From an uncultured Gammaproteobacteria bacterium (GTDB lineage Bacteria; Pseudomonadota; Gammaproteobacteria; UBA9214): DNA of 37,343 nt. Both the position numbers and the translations under genes were made by a program. The stretch is taken from contig CAJQOV010000087.1 of the NCBI GenBank assembly GCA_905480065.1, positions 1 through 37,343 on the forward strand, given 5' to 3'. The notes under the pieces are model-generated. The model saw only the letters and a list, made by a program, of their open reading frames with translations, was not told the origin of the DNA and searched no databases. Of this stretch, positions 1 through 9,815 are shown piece by piece. Within the stretch, counting starts at the first letter, position 1, and each line of letters opens with the position of its first letter.

Positions 1-2
1 CG

Positions 3-563
3 CAGGTCGTCATGATGCTGGCCACAGAGGGTCTACGGGTGGCACTGGTGACCACGCACCTGCCGTTGCGCGAGGTCAGCACGGCAATCACCGCGGCACG
101 ACTGGAACAGGTGATCCGGGTATTGCACAAAGACCTGCAGACGCGCTTCGGTATTGACCAGCCGCGCATCAAGGTCTGCGGCCTCAACCCGCATGCCGGC
201 GAAGACGGCCACCTGGGGCGCGAGGAAATCGACATCATCACACCGGTGCTGGAAAAACTGCGCGCGACGGGTATGCATCTGGACGGGCCGTTACCGGCAG
301 ACACGGTCTTCACGCCACAACATATGGCAGCCAGCGACGCGCTTCTCGCCATGTACCACGACCAGGGACTGCCGGTGCTGAAACACCTCGGCTTTGGCCG
401 CGCGGTGAACATCACGCTGGGCCTGCCGATCATCCGCACCTCGGTCGATCACGGCACCGCGCTCGACCGCGCCGGCAGCGGCCGGGTCGATGGCGGCAGC
501 CTGCAGCTTGCGATCGACTCTGCCGTGCGCATGGCGCGCGCCGCACAGCGCACCGGGTTATGA
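3..563 (+). CDS. pdxA: 4-hydroxythreonine-4-phosphate dehydrogenase PdxA, C-terminal part (5' end lies outside the window)
   Basis: The reading frame is open from the window edge. The translation contains typical PdxA C-terminal blocks: ...[10 protein letters not shown]..., [44 protein letters not shown]. Confidence 0.9.
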   Translation, partial: QVVMMLATEGLRVALVTTHLPLREVSTAITAARLEQVIRVLHKDLQTRFGIDQPRIKVCGLNPHAGEDGHLGREEIDIITPVLEKLRATGMHLDGPLPADTVFTPQHMAASDALLAMYHDQGLPVLKHLGFGRAVNITLGLPIIRTSVDHGTALDRAGSGRVDGGSLQLAIDSAVRMARAAQRTGL

Positions 564-701
564 CCGCTGCAGCGCAGGCCCGGGCTCCCTTCACACAGTG
601 ACCTGACATGAACCAGCACAGCAACCGGCACATGATCGACCCGGTGATTACACACCGGTATCTGCTACCGCCCGGGGAAGTCCGGAATTTGTTGTTGCCG
701 G

Positions 702-1421
702 ATGCCCCGAAACGATATGCATAATCACCGCACTCGACACATCATCGCCATTGGCGGCGGCGGACTGTCGAAACAACCGGACAACCTGGCGCTGGAACGC
801 TACATCCTGGCACAGAGTGGCAAGACGACGCCGAACATTGCCTTCCTCGGCACGGCAACCGGCGATGCCGATGCCGCGATCGTGCGCTTTTATGATGCCT
901 GCAGCGCACTGGATTGCCGGCCAACGCATGTCCCGCTGTTCCGGCGCACGCCGGAATTGCGCACCCACCTGCTGGGACAGGATGTGATCTATGTCGGTGG
1001 CGGCAATACCAAGAGCATGCTGGCGGCGTGGCACGACTGGCAACTGCCGGACCTGTTGCGCGAGGCCTGGCAGGCCGGCATCGTGCTGGCCGGTGTCAGC
1101 GCGGGCGCCATTTGCTGGTTTGAACAGGGGGTGACCGATTCGTATGCCGACCGGCTGCGCGCCATGGATTGCCTGGGTTTCCTGCCCGGCAGTTGCTGCC
1201 CGCATTACAGTGGCGAGGAAGAACGCCGGCCAGCCTATACGCGCATGATCGATGCCGGGGAAATTGTCGCCGGACTCGCGATCGACGATGGTGCGGCCGT
1301 GCATTTCACCGGCACCGATCTGCATGCCGCCATCGCCGCGCGGGCAGGGGCACAGGTGTACCGGGTCACGCAGAAGGATGGCGCCGTGCAGCACACCACG
1401 CTGGAAACCCGGCTCCTGTAG
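702..1421 (+). CDS. Peptidase S51 / dipeptidase E-like (type-1 glutamine-amidotransferase-like fold) protein
   Basis: 239-aa ORF with IIAIGGGG near the N-terminus, YVGGGNT and GVSAGA (nucleophile-Ser context) typical of the PepE/cyanophycinase family. The start is uncertain (ATG at 702 or 717) and no clear SD is present. Confidence 0.7.
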   Translation: MPRNDMHNHRTRHIIAIGGGGLSKQPDNLALERYILAQSGKTTPNIAFLGTATGDADAAIVRFYDACSALDCRPTHVPLFRRTPELRTHLLGQDVIYVGGGNTKSMLAAWHDWQLPDLLREAWQAGIVLAGVSAGAICWFEQGVTDSYADRLRAMDCLGFLPGSCCPHYSGEEERRPAYTRMIDAGEIVAGLAIDDGAAVHFTGTDLHAAIAARAGAQVYRVTQKDGAVQHTTLETRLL

Positions 1422-1436
1422 GGTGCCGGGCTGTAT

Positions 1437-1507
1437 TGTAGGAGCGCTTATCAAGCGCGATAGATTCTCACGACAGAGCCGATCGCGGTCGATGACCGCT
1501 CCTGCAG
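1437..1507. repeat. REP pair, family 1: TGTAGGAGCGCTTATCAAGCGCGAT plus an inverted copy within ACGACAGAGCCGATCGCGGTCGATGACCGCTCCTGCA
   Basis: Unit 1437-1461 and inverted unit 1470-1507. Both units recur almost identically at 37199-37275, and in variant form at 23519-23623. Confidence 0.85.
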
Positions 1508-1574
1508 TCGGGTAACATTTCCATTTCTATTGCCACCCCGCCCGGTGTCGCGGCCGCTGGCGTTGCCACGGCGG

Positions 1575-2630
1575 TCAGCGCCCATCGCGCATGACCAGCT
1601 TGGGCGTACGATCGAGAAAAAACAGACCCCAGTGTTTCTCCGCACCCAGCGCATTGTCCGCATCCCCTTTCCAGGGTTCGTCGAACCCTTCAAAGATGAA
1701 CACCGTGGTATGGGTGTCCTGGGCCCATTTCTCCAGCTCGTGGAAATAGCGCCGCTGGTTTTCCTCATTCGCGGTTTGCGGGAACTCGCTCGAGGTCGTG
1801 GCCCAACCCGCTTCCAGTATCGCAAGCGTGTGCCCCGGCAGGGCCTCCTGCACGCGCTCCATGTTGTCTATCGTGTAAGCCAGTGCCTGGTCGATCGACT
1901 TGTGTTCCCACTGGGGATAAGAGTGCACGCCAACGAAATCGACCACCGCCGCCAACGGAGCTCCTGCACGGACCCACCAGTCGTAGTTCTCGGCCACGGT
2001 TACCGGTTGCTCGATCGCGTGCTTGACGTGCTGAACGTACTCGATCACCCGCTCCAGCGGCACCATGTGGTCATTCCATTCCACCAGGGCCTCGTTGCCG
2101 ACATTGACCGCAACCACGATGTCCGGGAACTCCGCGGCCAGGCTTATGCCCCGTTCGATCTCAGCGGCATTGTCGACTCGATTGGCGGCCAGCGTCTGTT
2201 GCGGAATGGGTTCGGTCAACCATGCACAGCCTTCGTGATTGCTTAGTTCTGCCTTCAGCCATATGCCCAGCAGGACCTTGATCGGCAGCCGGTGCTCACG
2301 TACCAGTCGCAGCACCGCTGCAGAGTTTTCTCCCGAATCGTAAATCCGGATCAGGTCAAACCCGTGATCGAGCAGAATCCGCAGGTCCGCAAGGATTTGT
2401 TCGTCGCTGGGGTTGCTGGCGCCCGCGCCGCGATCCGGGTGCTGTCCGGCGCGATATCCGGAGTAGGCAACTGCCATGTATTCTCCAGCCAGAAGCTGCA
2501 CTGGAGCCTGGTCTATCTCTCCGAATGCACGGGCAATCGGCAGCGCCAGCAGAACAAGCGCCAACCAGGCGATCCGGACGCGATGGCCCGCCGGATATCG
2601 GGCCGTGCCAGAACCGTACTCGATGCGCAT
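1575..2630 (-). CDS. Secreted glycoside hydrolase family 17-like beta-1,3-glucan hydrolase/transferase
   Basis: 351-aa ORF with an N-terminal hydrophobic signal-like segment (IAWLALVLLALPIARA). It carries a GNE acid/base-type motif (VNVGNEALV) and an E-x-GW nucleophile-type motif (ILEAGWATT), plus FEGFDEPWKG. Confidence 0.65.
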   Translation of the reverse strand: MRIEYGSGTARYPAGHRVRIAWLALVLLALPIARAFGEIDQAPVQLLAGEYMAVAYSGYRAGQHPDRGAGASNPSDEQILADLRILLDHGFDLIRIYDSGENSAAVLRLVREHRLPIKVLLGIWLKAELSNHEGCAWLTEPIPQQTLAANRVDNAAEIERGISLAAEFPDIVVAVNVGNEALVEWNDHMVPLERVIEYVQHVKHAIEQPVTVAENYDWWVRAGAPLAAVVDFVGVHSYPQWEHKSIDQALAYTIDNMERVQEALPGHTLAILEAGWATTSSEFPQTANEENQRRYFHELEKWAQDTHTTVFIFEGFDEPWKGDADNALGAEKHWGLFFLDRTPKLVMRDGR

Positions 2631-3171
2631 ACCTGCAACCCTCGACTTTCAATGACTCGACCAGTCGCGACTGGTTTCGACCCGGAACGGCGCCGAGGAC
2701 CGAACGCACAATGGCCGCAACTCGCCCCGACTGGTGAATGCAACCCCCCTGGCAATCGCGACTAGAAGCAGCATAAATGCTCTTTTTCCAGGTTCCCAGA
2801 GTATCCCAAGATCACCATACCAGCATCAACTTACGCTTCGATGCGGCAAGAGCCTGGACTCCCGAACCGGACCATCACTCCCGGGCCGGCGGACTTTTTC
2901 CGGTCATTTCCAGCATTCAGGGCGGCCGCCGCCTGCTTACTGTCGTCCCCGCGCAGGCGGAGTTGTTAGACACCAAAGCTGGCTCTATCCAAATGACCTC
3001 TCGGTCATTATTTATCGGATGTATTCATCATTCCGAAACTACTGATGCATCTGAACCACGAGCAATTTGCTCACAAATTCCATCAGTCAGAAAACTTCCC
3101 GAAACGATTGGGTCAAGATCATCTGCTTGTGCCACCCCCCTGTTTTTACCTTGACTTCACGGACACATCCA

Positions 3172-3372
3172 TTAAGTCTCGTGCCGGACCTTGCCCTGGT
3201 TCGTCAGTGACAGCCGCTTTTCGGATACCGCCGGTCGGGTAACATACCGACACAATCGCTCCAGTTCCTCGCGCTGCCTGTTGATATCGTCAATCAGCAC
3301 TTTGTGTGCGTGGTCCAGCTCTTCTATCCCGATGAGAAAGGAGTCGTCCCATTTGAAAAGTGTATCGTTCAC
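3172..3372 (-). pseudogene. Truncated or decayed hemerythrin-like gene (N-terminal third only)
   Basis: GTG start with AGGAG 9 nt upstream. The N-terminus FKWDDSFLIGIEELDHAHKVLIDDIN matches the bacteriohemerythrin signature (F-x-W-x-x-x-x-x-x-G-x-x-x-x-D-x-x-H-K-x-L). The ORF stops after 66 aa (about 130 expected). The expected Y-x3-HF-x2-EE block reads Y-VTR-PA-VS-EK instead. Confidence 0.55.
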
Positions 3373-3806
3373 AGTAGAAACTCCTGCGCGGCTGGCTTGA
3401 TGCCGGCCTGGTCAAAGCCCTGCCAACAGCCATCATCCGCCCAGACCAGGAACACCACTGCCATCAACAAACGCGGATAATCAGCAATCGGCAGCGATAA
3501 CAGCGGTTACTTAGTTGTAGTCCGTGATATCCCTGATTTCACGGTCACATATAAAAATCTGACGGACTTCGCCGTCAGGCGGACATCTCCGGTTGATAAT
3601 TCGAGCCGCAACGCAGGCCATTGCGTCGACATGGGTGCCCACGATACGGCGGGTAATCCACTCCGCCCGCTTTCTCCCGGATCTGGCAATAAATTCAATC
3701 CCTGAACTATGGGCTTATTCTCCTGTTTTAGTTGCGCCAACAGGGCACTACAACTAAGATTTGAACGAGAATATTTACTTAAGAACAACGGACACGAGGA
3801 GCTTTT

Positions 3807-4874
3807 ATGCCAACAAAATATAACGCGCTTATCCTGGGGGCTTCATATGGCTCTTTGTTCGGCACTAAATTGCTTCTGGCGGGGCACTCGGTAACGCTGG
3901 TGTGCACCAAGCCCACCGCGGAACTGATCAATCGCGAAGGTACCTTCGTCCACCTGCCGGTCCGTGGCCTGGAAAAACCACTCGAACTTTCCTCAAAGGC
4001 CATCGGCGGCGATCTGTCGGCCTGCACGCCCGAAGAGGCGAATCTGGACAATTTTGACCTGGTCGTACTGGGCATGCAGGAATCCCAGTACGGTTCGAGC
4101 GGCATTCGCGAACTCATGGACCGTGTTGCGGCAGCGCATATGCCGTGCCTTGCAATAATGAACATGCCGCCCTTGCCGTTCCTGAAACGCATTCCCGGAA
4201 TTTCAACCGACAAATTAACCAAGTGCTTTACGGACCCGAGTGTCTGGGACAATTTCGAGCCGGGTCTGGTTACGCTCGCGAGCCCTGACCCCCAGGCGTT
4301 TCGCGTACCCGGGGAAGGCAAGAATGTTCTCCACGTTGGACTGCCGACAAATTTCAAGGTGGCGCCGTTCGAATCCGATACCCATACCTCGATGCTACGG
4401 AACATCCAGAAAGATATCGAGGCAATCGAGTTCGACACGGGCGATGGCAGTGTCCAGCTCCCTGTCAAGCTAAAGGTGCATGATTCCCTGTTCGTACCAC
4501 TGGCAAAATGGCTGATGCTCCTCACCGGGAACTACCGGTGTATCAAGAAGGACAAGATGATCCCCATTAAAGACGCCGTGCATTCAGATATCGATACATC
4601 GCGGGAAATCTATGAATGGGTCGGGAAACTCTGTGTAAAGCTTGGCGCCAACGAGAGTGACCTGGTACCTTTCGAAAAATATGCCAAGGCTTCCATGGGA
4701 CTGCTCAAGCCATCATCCGCGGCACGCGCACTGTTCGGTGGTGCAAAACATATCGAGAGGGTCGACTGCCTGGTTCAAAAGATCGCAGCGCAGCTGGACC
4801 TCCACTACCAGCCTGTGGACGAGATTGTCGCCCTGGTGGATCACCATCTCTCCGCCAATAGCAAGGCAGCCTGA
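3807..4874 (+). CDS. NAD(P)-binding Rossmann oxidoreductase with a ketopantoate-reductase (PanE/ApbA)-like N-terminus
   Basis: 355-aa ORF with a GAGGAG SD 6 nt upstream. The N-terminus ALILGASYGSLFGTKLLLAGHSVTLVC resembles the PanE/ApbA dinucleotide-binding start (G-x-x-fG-x-x-L-x-x-aGh-x-Vtl). Confidence 0.6.
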   Translation: MPTKYNALILGASYGSLFGTKLLLAGHSVTLVCTKPTAELINREGTFVHLPVRGLEKPLELSSKAIGGDLSACTPEEANLDNFDLVVLGMQESQYGSSGIRELMDRVAAAHMPCLAIMNMPPLPFLKRIPGISTDKLTKCFTDPSVWDNFEPGLVTLASPDPQAFRVPGEGKNVLHVGLPTNFKVAPFESDTHTSMLRNIQKDIEAIEFDTGDGSVQLPVKLKVHDSLFVPLAKWLMLLTGNYRCIKKDKMIPIKDAVHSDIDTSREIYEWVGKLCVKLGANESDLVPFEKYAKASMGLLKPSSAARALFGGAKHIERVDCLVQKIAAQLDLHYQPVDEIVALVDHHLSANSKAA

Positions 4875-4932
4875 TTACACGCTGAAATAACCTTTGTAAC
4901 GAGTTGACCGGGCATGCCCCGCGACGCTGCTG

Positions 4933-6522
4933 CTAGTAACCGAGCGCACAACCATCCTTGCGCGGATCGGATGCGCCGTGCAGCACGCCCCGCTTCCAGT
5001 CGATAAGGATCACCTGCGCGCCGCCGATTGGCGTTTCGGCTTCCACCACCTGGTGACCAAGACGGGATAGTGCCCGGCGCGTTGCCTGCGGTACGGGCCG
5101 CTCAACAACCAGTGCACCGTTCTCCACGTGGAATCGGGGGGCGTCAATGGCCTCCTGTATATCCATGCCGAAATCCAGCCAGTTGCTGATTACGCTGGCC
5201 TGCCCCAGTGGCTGGTAGCTGCCACCCATAACTCCAAAAGACAACACGGGCTTGCCGGCGCGATAGGCCATCGCCGGGATTATGGTATGCATGGGGCGCT
5301 TGCCCGGCGCGATGCAATTGCCGTGATGTTCATCGAGCACAAAACAGGCGCCCCGGTTTTGCAGCAGGATCCCGGTACTGCCCGCCACCATGCCGCTGCC
5401 GCCCGGGTGGTAGAGGCTGTTGATGAACGAGACAATGTTGCGGTCCTTGTCCACCACAGTCAGGTATACCGTATCCCTGTGTTCCGGCAATCCCGGCAAA
5501 ACCCGGCTGGGCATCGCGCTTGCCGGATCGATGCGGGCAAATTGCTGCTGCGCAAATTGCCTGGATAACAGCGCCTGAACGGGGACGTCACTGAAGGCCG
5601 GGTCGGCAATATGGTGCGCGCCCTCGGCCTGTGCAAGTTTGAACGCCTCTGTAACGAGGTGGATGTGTGCCGGACCGAGCTGCTGCAAACCCTCGATACC
5701 GGCCTGCTCAAGTATGTTGAGCGTCATGAGTGCCGTGATGCCCTGCGAATTGGGTGGCGCCTCGCAGACCGTAAGACCGCGATATTCACTGGATACCGGC
5801 TCAACCCATTCAGAGCAGTGATTGGCAAGATCATCGAATTCCAACAAGCCGTTGTGCTCATGACTGAAGCGTATAATTTCTTCAGCAAGCGGCCCCCGGT
5901 AGAACGCATCTTTTCCATGTTCGGCAATAAGTCGCAGGGATCGTGCAAGATCCGGGAAGAAATGCACCGATCCTGCCATGGGTGCCCTGCCATCAACCAG
6001 GAATGAGCGCGCACTGTCGGATGACTGCCGGAACAACTGCGCATGTTTATTCCAGCCACCGGCAATGACCGGTGTTACCACAAACCCGTTTTCCGCGTAC
6101 CCGATGGCGGGCTCGAGCAGAGCTCCGAAATCGAATGAACCAAAGCGTTCAACCGCGCTTTGCCACGCGTCAACCGCACCCGGCACGCTGACCGACAGGA
6201 TTCCCCGCTCTGGGACCGTCGTCATGTTATGTGCGCGCAGGGCATCCGGGCTGGCACGACCAGGTGCACGACCACTGCCGTTCAATGCATGCAGTTTACC
6301 TGTTGCGGCTTCATGGAAGAGCAGGAAACAGTCGCCGCCGATGCCCGTGGAAAGTGGCTCGGTGACGCACAGCGTGGCACTTGCCGCAATAGCCGCATCC
6401 ATCGCGTTACCGCCGCGCCCGAGTATCCGGAGTGCGGCCGCCGTCGCCATGGGCTGGCTGGTAGCGACCATTGCGCCGGCCGCCATAACCACGGACCTGC
6501 CTGGATACTGATTGTCACGCAT
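4933..6522 (-). CDS. ggt: Gamma-glutamyltransferase family protein (no obvious signal peptide)
   Basis: 529-aa ORF with GGT blocks: GGNAMDAAIAA, GIGGDCF, DTVYLTVVDKDRN, GILLQNRG, PGKRPMHTIIP. Confidence 0.85.
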   Translation of the reverse strand: MRDNQYPGRSVVMAAGAMVATSQPMATAAALRILGRGGNAMDAAIAASATLCVTEPLSTGIGGDCFLLFHEAATGKLHALNGSGRAPGRASPDALRAHNMTTVPERGILSVSVPGAVDAWQSAVERFGSFDFGALLEPAIGYAENGFVVTPVIAGGWNKHAQLFRQSSDSARSFLVDGRAPMAGSVHFFPDLARSLRLIAEHGKDAFYRGPLAEEIIRFSHEHNGLLEFDDLANHCSEWVEPVSSEYRGLTVCEAPPNSQGITALMTLNILEQAGIEGLQQLGPAHIHLVTEAFKLAQAEGAHHIADPAFSDVPVQALLSRQFAQQQFARIDPASAMPSRVLPGLPEHRDTVYLTVVDKDRNIVSFINSLYHPGGSGMVAGSTGILLQNRGACFVLDEHHGNCIAPGKRPMHTIIPAMAYRAGKPVLSFGVMGGSYQPLGQASVISNWLDFGMDIQEAIDAPRFHVENGALVVERPVPQATRRALSRLGHQVVEAETPIGGAQVILIDWKRGVLHGASDPRKDGCALGY

Positions 6523-6615
6523 CGCGTATCATCCGCGCAGCATAGCTCATCAAGGATAACCAGCCTGACTACCGCTCTCTTGCTACTGCTGCATGTGAGC
6601 ATCCGCCAGGATCTG

Positions 6616-7485
6616 TCAGTGCACCATAACAGTGACTATATTCGCGTGTTTAAGCAGGTAATCTGTGGCCCCGCCGAATAATAACTGGCTGGCGCGTGAA
6701 CGACTGAACCCGCCAACAACCAGAAATTCAGCGCCGACTTTGGAACACGCCCTTAACATCGATTCGCCGGCTTGTTTACCCTTGCCGTCCAGCAGCGCAA
6801 TTTTCGTCTTGACGTCATGCCAGGCAAGATATTCACAAAGCACATTGGCGCTAGCCATTCTTTCCTGCGTGACAAGCAGCGTGATTTCTTTCATTTCGAC
6901 AAGCCAGGGCATTGTCATGGCCAATGCGCGCGTGCTCTCGATACTATCGTTCCAGCCGATAGCTCCCCGCTCATATCTTTTTGCGACACACTCCGGTGGC
7001 GTAATCAGCACCGGACGCCCGGTTCTCAGCAGAATAGCCTCGATAGACGCTCCCAGCGGCGAACGCCGCACCGTCCCTTCCCTGACCCTTGGTTTCGTCA
7101 CCACGATGACATCACTCGCCCGCCCGTGACGGATCAACAACTCGTCAACATCTCCGAACTCCTGGTGCCAGGCCGCCGTTGCCCCGCCTTTGCTGGTCGG
7201 TTGATTGCTGATCGGGACATTGCGATCCGCACATAGCGCCTCGAACTGCTGCTGCAACTCAGCGGCTCTTTCGGTGGCCCCGATGTCGGCATTGTCCTCG
7301 GCGCTCTTTCTTAGATTGACGGGCAGATTATAAAACCCGGCCGAAGAAACATCGGATGCGCGTGTCATGATGTGCAGGGCCTTGATATGCGCCCCGAACC
7401 GTTCGGCGATAACGAATACCCGACCGAGGGCCGAAAAACTTTCCTTGCTACCGTCTACAGGAACCAGAATGGCTTGTATCCCCAT
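6616..7485 (-). CDS. Tandem-domain universal stress protein (UspA family)
   Basis: 289-aa ORF. It has ILVPVDGS at the N-terminus, a second Usp-like half, and a C-terminal G-x-x-G-x9-G(S/T)-like block (VVGGFSRSRASQLLFGGATDYLLKH). Confidence 0.8.
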   Translation of the reverse strand: MGIQAILVPVDGSKESFSALGRVFVIAERFGAHIKALHIMTRASDVSSAGFYNLPVNLRKSAEDNADIGATERAAELQQQFEALCADRNVPISNQPTSKGGATAAWHQEFGDVDELLIRHGRASDVIVVTKPRVREGTVRRSPLGASIEAILLRTGRPVLITPPECVAKRYERGAIGWNDSIESTRALAMTMPWLVEMKEITLLVTQERMASANVLCEYLAWHDVKTKIALLDGKGKQAGESMLRACSKVGAEFLVVGGFSRSRASQLLFGGATDYLLKHANIVTVMVH

Positions 7486-7550
7486 ACTTGTACCCTCAGT
7501 TGTTTTTCAAGTCTGACTCACCATCCGGCTAAAAGATGAATACCAATTAG

Positions 7551-7581
7551 CGACTGCCGCGCCCCCCTGCGGATGCAGTCG
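7551..7581 (-). terminator. Possible hairpin terminator downstream of frc
   Basis: CGACTGC...GCAGTCG stem with inner GC pairs, located 23 nt after the frc stop. The T-tract is weak. Confidence 0.3.
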
Positions 7582-7603
7582 GCATCAGTTATCAATCCGC
7601 CGA

Positions 7604-8908
7604 TCATGCACCGCCTTGCGGCGACAGCTTTGGATGCTCCATTTCTCCAAGTAATTGCTCCGAACCAATCGCGCCCAGCTCCCGTGCCGCCTTGATTTCT
7701 GCATCGTCGTAGCCGAGCACTTCACGCAGGATCTCGTCCGTATGCTCTCCCAGCAGCGGCGAACGCTTGATGTCAGACGGCGAATCCGACAGCTTGATAG
7801 GATTGCCCACCGTGAGATAGGGGCCACGGGTCGGATGATCCACTTCCACGACCGTCCCGGTGGCGCGCAAGGAAGGCTCCTCGGCAAGCTCCTTCATCGA
7901 GACAATCGGCCCACAGGGGATATTATGGGCATTGAGGATATCCATGGCTTCATACTTGCCTTTTGTAAGTGTCCATTCCTCGATCATCGCAAAACATTGA
8001 TCCAGTTTCGGCAAACGCGCCTCGGGGGTAGCCCACTCCGGATCGTCGATCAACTCTTCATGTCCGATGGTTTTCATCCAGGCTGCCCAGACCTGCGGCT
8101 GGATGATAACGTACAGGTAATCATTTTCTCCGCCGGGGGCACACCTCACTGCCCAGCCAGGCTGGCCACCTCCCGAGGCATTGCCGGCACGCGGCACCGA
8201 GTCGCCAAAGGTACCGTTCGGGTACTGTGGATACTCTTTCAGCGGCCCGTGCTGCAAACGCTGCTGATCACGCAGCTTGACGCGGCACAGATTCAGCACA
8301 CCGTCCTGCATGGCGCATTCCACGCGCTGCCCAACACCGCTCTTTTCCCTATGCAGCAATGCAGTAACGATACCAAGTGCGAGGTGAAGCCCGGTGCCGG
8401 AATCACCGATCTGGGCGCCGGTCACCGTGGGTGGCCCATCCTCGAACCCGGTGGTGCTTGCCGCGCCGCCGGCGCACTGGGCAACGTTCTCGTAGACCTT
8501 GCAGTCCTGGTAGGGACCGGGACCGAAACCCTTTACCGATGCGTAGATCAGGCGAGGATTGATCTCGTGAATCCGCTCCCAGGAGAATCCCATACGGTCG
8601 AGCGCACCCGGCGCAAAGTTCTCGACCATAACATCACACTCTTCGATCAGGCGGGTGAAAATTTCCTTGCCCTTGCCGTCCTTGGTATTCAGTGTGATGC
8701 TGCGCTTGTTGTGATTCAGCATTGTGAAGTAGAGGCTGTCCACATCCGGTATGTCACGCAGTTGACTGCGCGTGGCATCCCCGACATGAGGCCTTTCAAC
8801 CTTGATCACATCGGCACCAAACCACGCCAGCAGCTGTGTGCATGTAGGGCCGGATTGCACATGTGTCATATCCAGGATTCGAACTCCACTTAATGCTTTT
8901 TCTGTCAT
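7604..8908 (-). CDS. frc: Formyl-CoA:oxalate CoA-transferase (family III CoA-transferase, Frc/YfdW type)
   Basis: The 434-aa ORF is collinear with Frc/YfdW as I recall them: [83 protein letters not shown], and the Frc-specific [14 protein letters not shown] loop and LLGEHTDE. Confidence 0.9.
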   Translation of the reverse strand: MTEKALSGVRILDMTHVQSGPTCTQLLAWFGADVIKVERPHVGDATRSQLRDIPDVDSLYFTMLNHNKRSITLNTKDGKGKEIFTRLIEECDVMVENFAPGALDRMGFSWERIHEINPRLIYASVKGFGPGPYQDCKVYENVAQCAGGAASTTGFEDGPPTVTGAQIGDSGTGLHLALGIVTALLHREKSGVGQRVECAMQDGVLNLCRVKLRDQQRLQHGPLKEYPQYPNGTFGDSVPRAGNASGGGQPGWAVRCAPGGENDYLYVIIQPQVWAAWMKTIGHEELIDDPEWATPEARLPKLDQCFAMIEEWTLTKGKYEAMDILNAHNIPCGPIVSMKELAEEPSLRATGTVVEVDHPTRGPYLTVGNPIKLSDSPSDIKRSPLLGEHTDEILREVLGYDDAEIKAARELGAIGSEQLLGEMEHPKLSPQGGA

Positions 8909-9094
8909 GTTTACCTCTGGATCGTTATCAATCTTGCGGGTTCAGACAACGGAAATCGGCCTCATCAGGCAAACCCGTCTAGCGTATCCTCTGCCGTACT
9001 GGATATCTTGACCTGGCCTGCGCTTGTCATGGCGCATAGCTCATCAGGGTTCCAGCCGAAACCACCCGGTTAATGGCCAGTGAACTACGGCAGC

Positions 9095-9787
9095 TTATTC
9101 CAGCCAGTCCACGTAATCGTTAATATGTTCCTTCAATTCATTCGTATGTTCGCGCACATAGCGCTCCGACAATTCCGCATCCCGATCTTCCAGTGCCTCG
9201 ATGATGTGCATGTGGTCAATAATCGAATCTGTTACCCGCTGACGTTCCCTGATTGTGCGTGAACGAATCGAACGCATATGGATAAACAATCCCTCGGCGA
9301 TATTTTCCAGCAGCTCGCATTTGCTTAATCTGATAATCGCCTGATGGAAATTGATATTCTTCTCTGAATACTCATCAATATGCGCACTGGCACCCTCGGA
9401 ATCCCTGAATGTTGCAAACATCCTGCGTAAACCGGCAATCTCTTCATCACTTGCATGCACTGTCGCCATGCGCGCCGCCAGACCCTCCAGAGCTCCCCAG
9501 ACACATATCATCTCGAGAATTTCCCTTTTCGTCTTGCGCACCACGAAGGCACCGCGACGCGGAATATTCCGCACCAACCCTTCCTGTTCCAACCTGGAGA
9601 GCGCCTCACGAATCGGTGTCCGGCTGACTCCAAGTTCTTCCGCCAGCCGCCGCTCGTCCAGCTTGGGCGGGTCCTCGTCGGCATAGATGTCCATTAACGA
9701 AATTGCAGATTTCAATGCCTCATAAACCCTGTCTTTGAGTACGGTATTTACATTGAGTGGCCGTAATTTGATGGCTGGCTTGGGCAT
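9095..9787 (-). CDS. GntR-family transcriptional regulator with FCD (FadR C-terminal-like) domain
   Basis: The winged-HTH block is LDERRLAEELGVSRTPIREALSRLEQEGLV, followed by a helical FCD-type C-terminus. I chose ATG at 9787 (M36 of the track ORF) because the N-terminal extension looks non-coding and the palindromic operator lies inside it. Confidence 0.85.
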   Translation of the reverse strand: MPKPAIKLRPLNVNTVLKDRVYEALKSAISLMDIYADEDPPKLDERRLAEELGVSRTPIREALSRLEQEGLVRNIPRRGAFVVRKTKREILEMICVWGALEGLAARMATVHASDEEIAGLRRMFATFRDSEGASAHIDEYSEKNINFHQAIIRLSKCELLENIAEGLFIHMRSIRSRTIRERQRVTDSIIDHMHIIEALEDRDAELSERYVREHTNELKEHINDYVDWLE

Positions 9788-9815
9788 ATCCTTTCGAGCA
9801 TCGAATAGAGAGATA

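Noticed and set aside
2640-3170. A possible riboswitch, tRNA or other structured RNA in the ORF-free stretch downstream of the hemerythrin remnant.
   Set aside because: I could find no tRNA-like T-arm/acceptor pattern or known riboswitch core motif (TPP, B12, glycine) by eye. Only short generic hairpins are present (for example CCGCCTGC...GCAGGCGG and AATGACCtctcGGTCATT). A covariance-model scan would be needed to exclude an RNA gene.
7655-8893. A long 412-aa ORF on the plus strand, opposite frc. Similar long antisense ORFs occur at 648-1454, 1530-2246, 3779-4525, 18212-19081, 26281-27285, 27310-28212 and 34312-34914.
   Set aside because: Each lies fully inside, and antisense to, a gene with strong family signatures. 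Their translations are Arg/Pro/Gly-rich with no recognisable motifs. They are typical shadow ORFs of GC-rich DNA.
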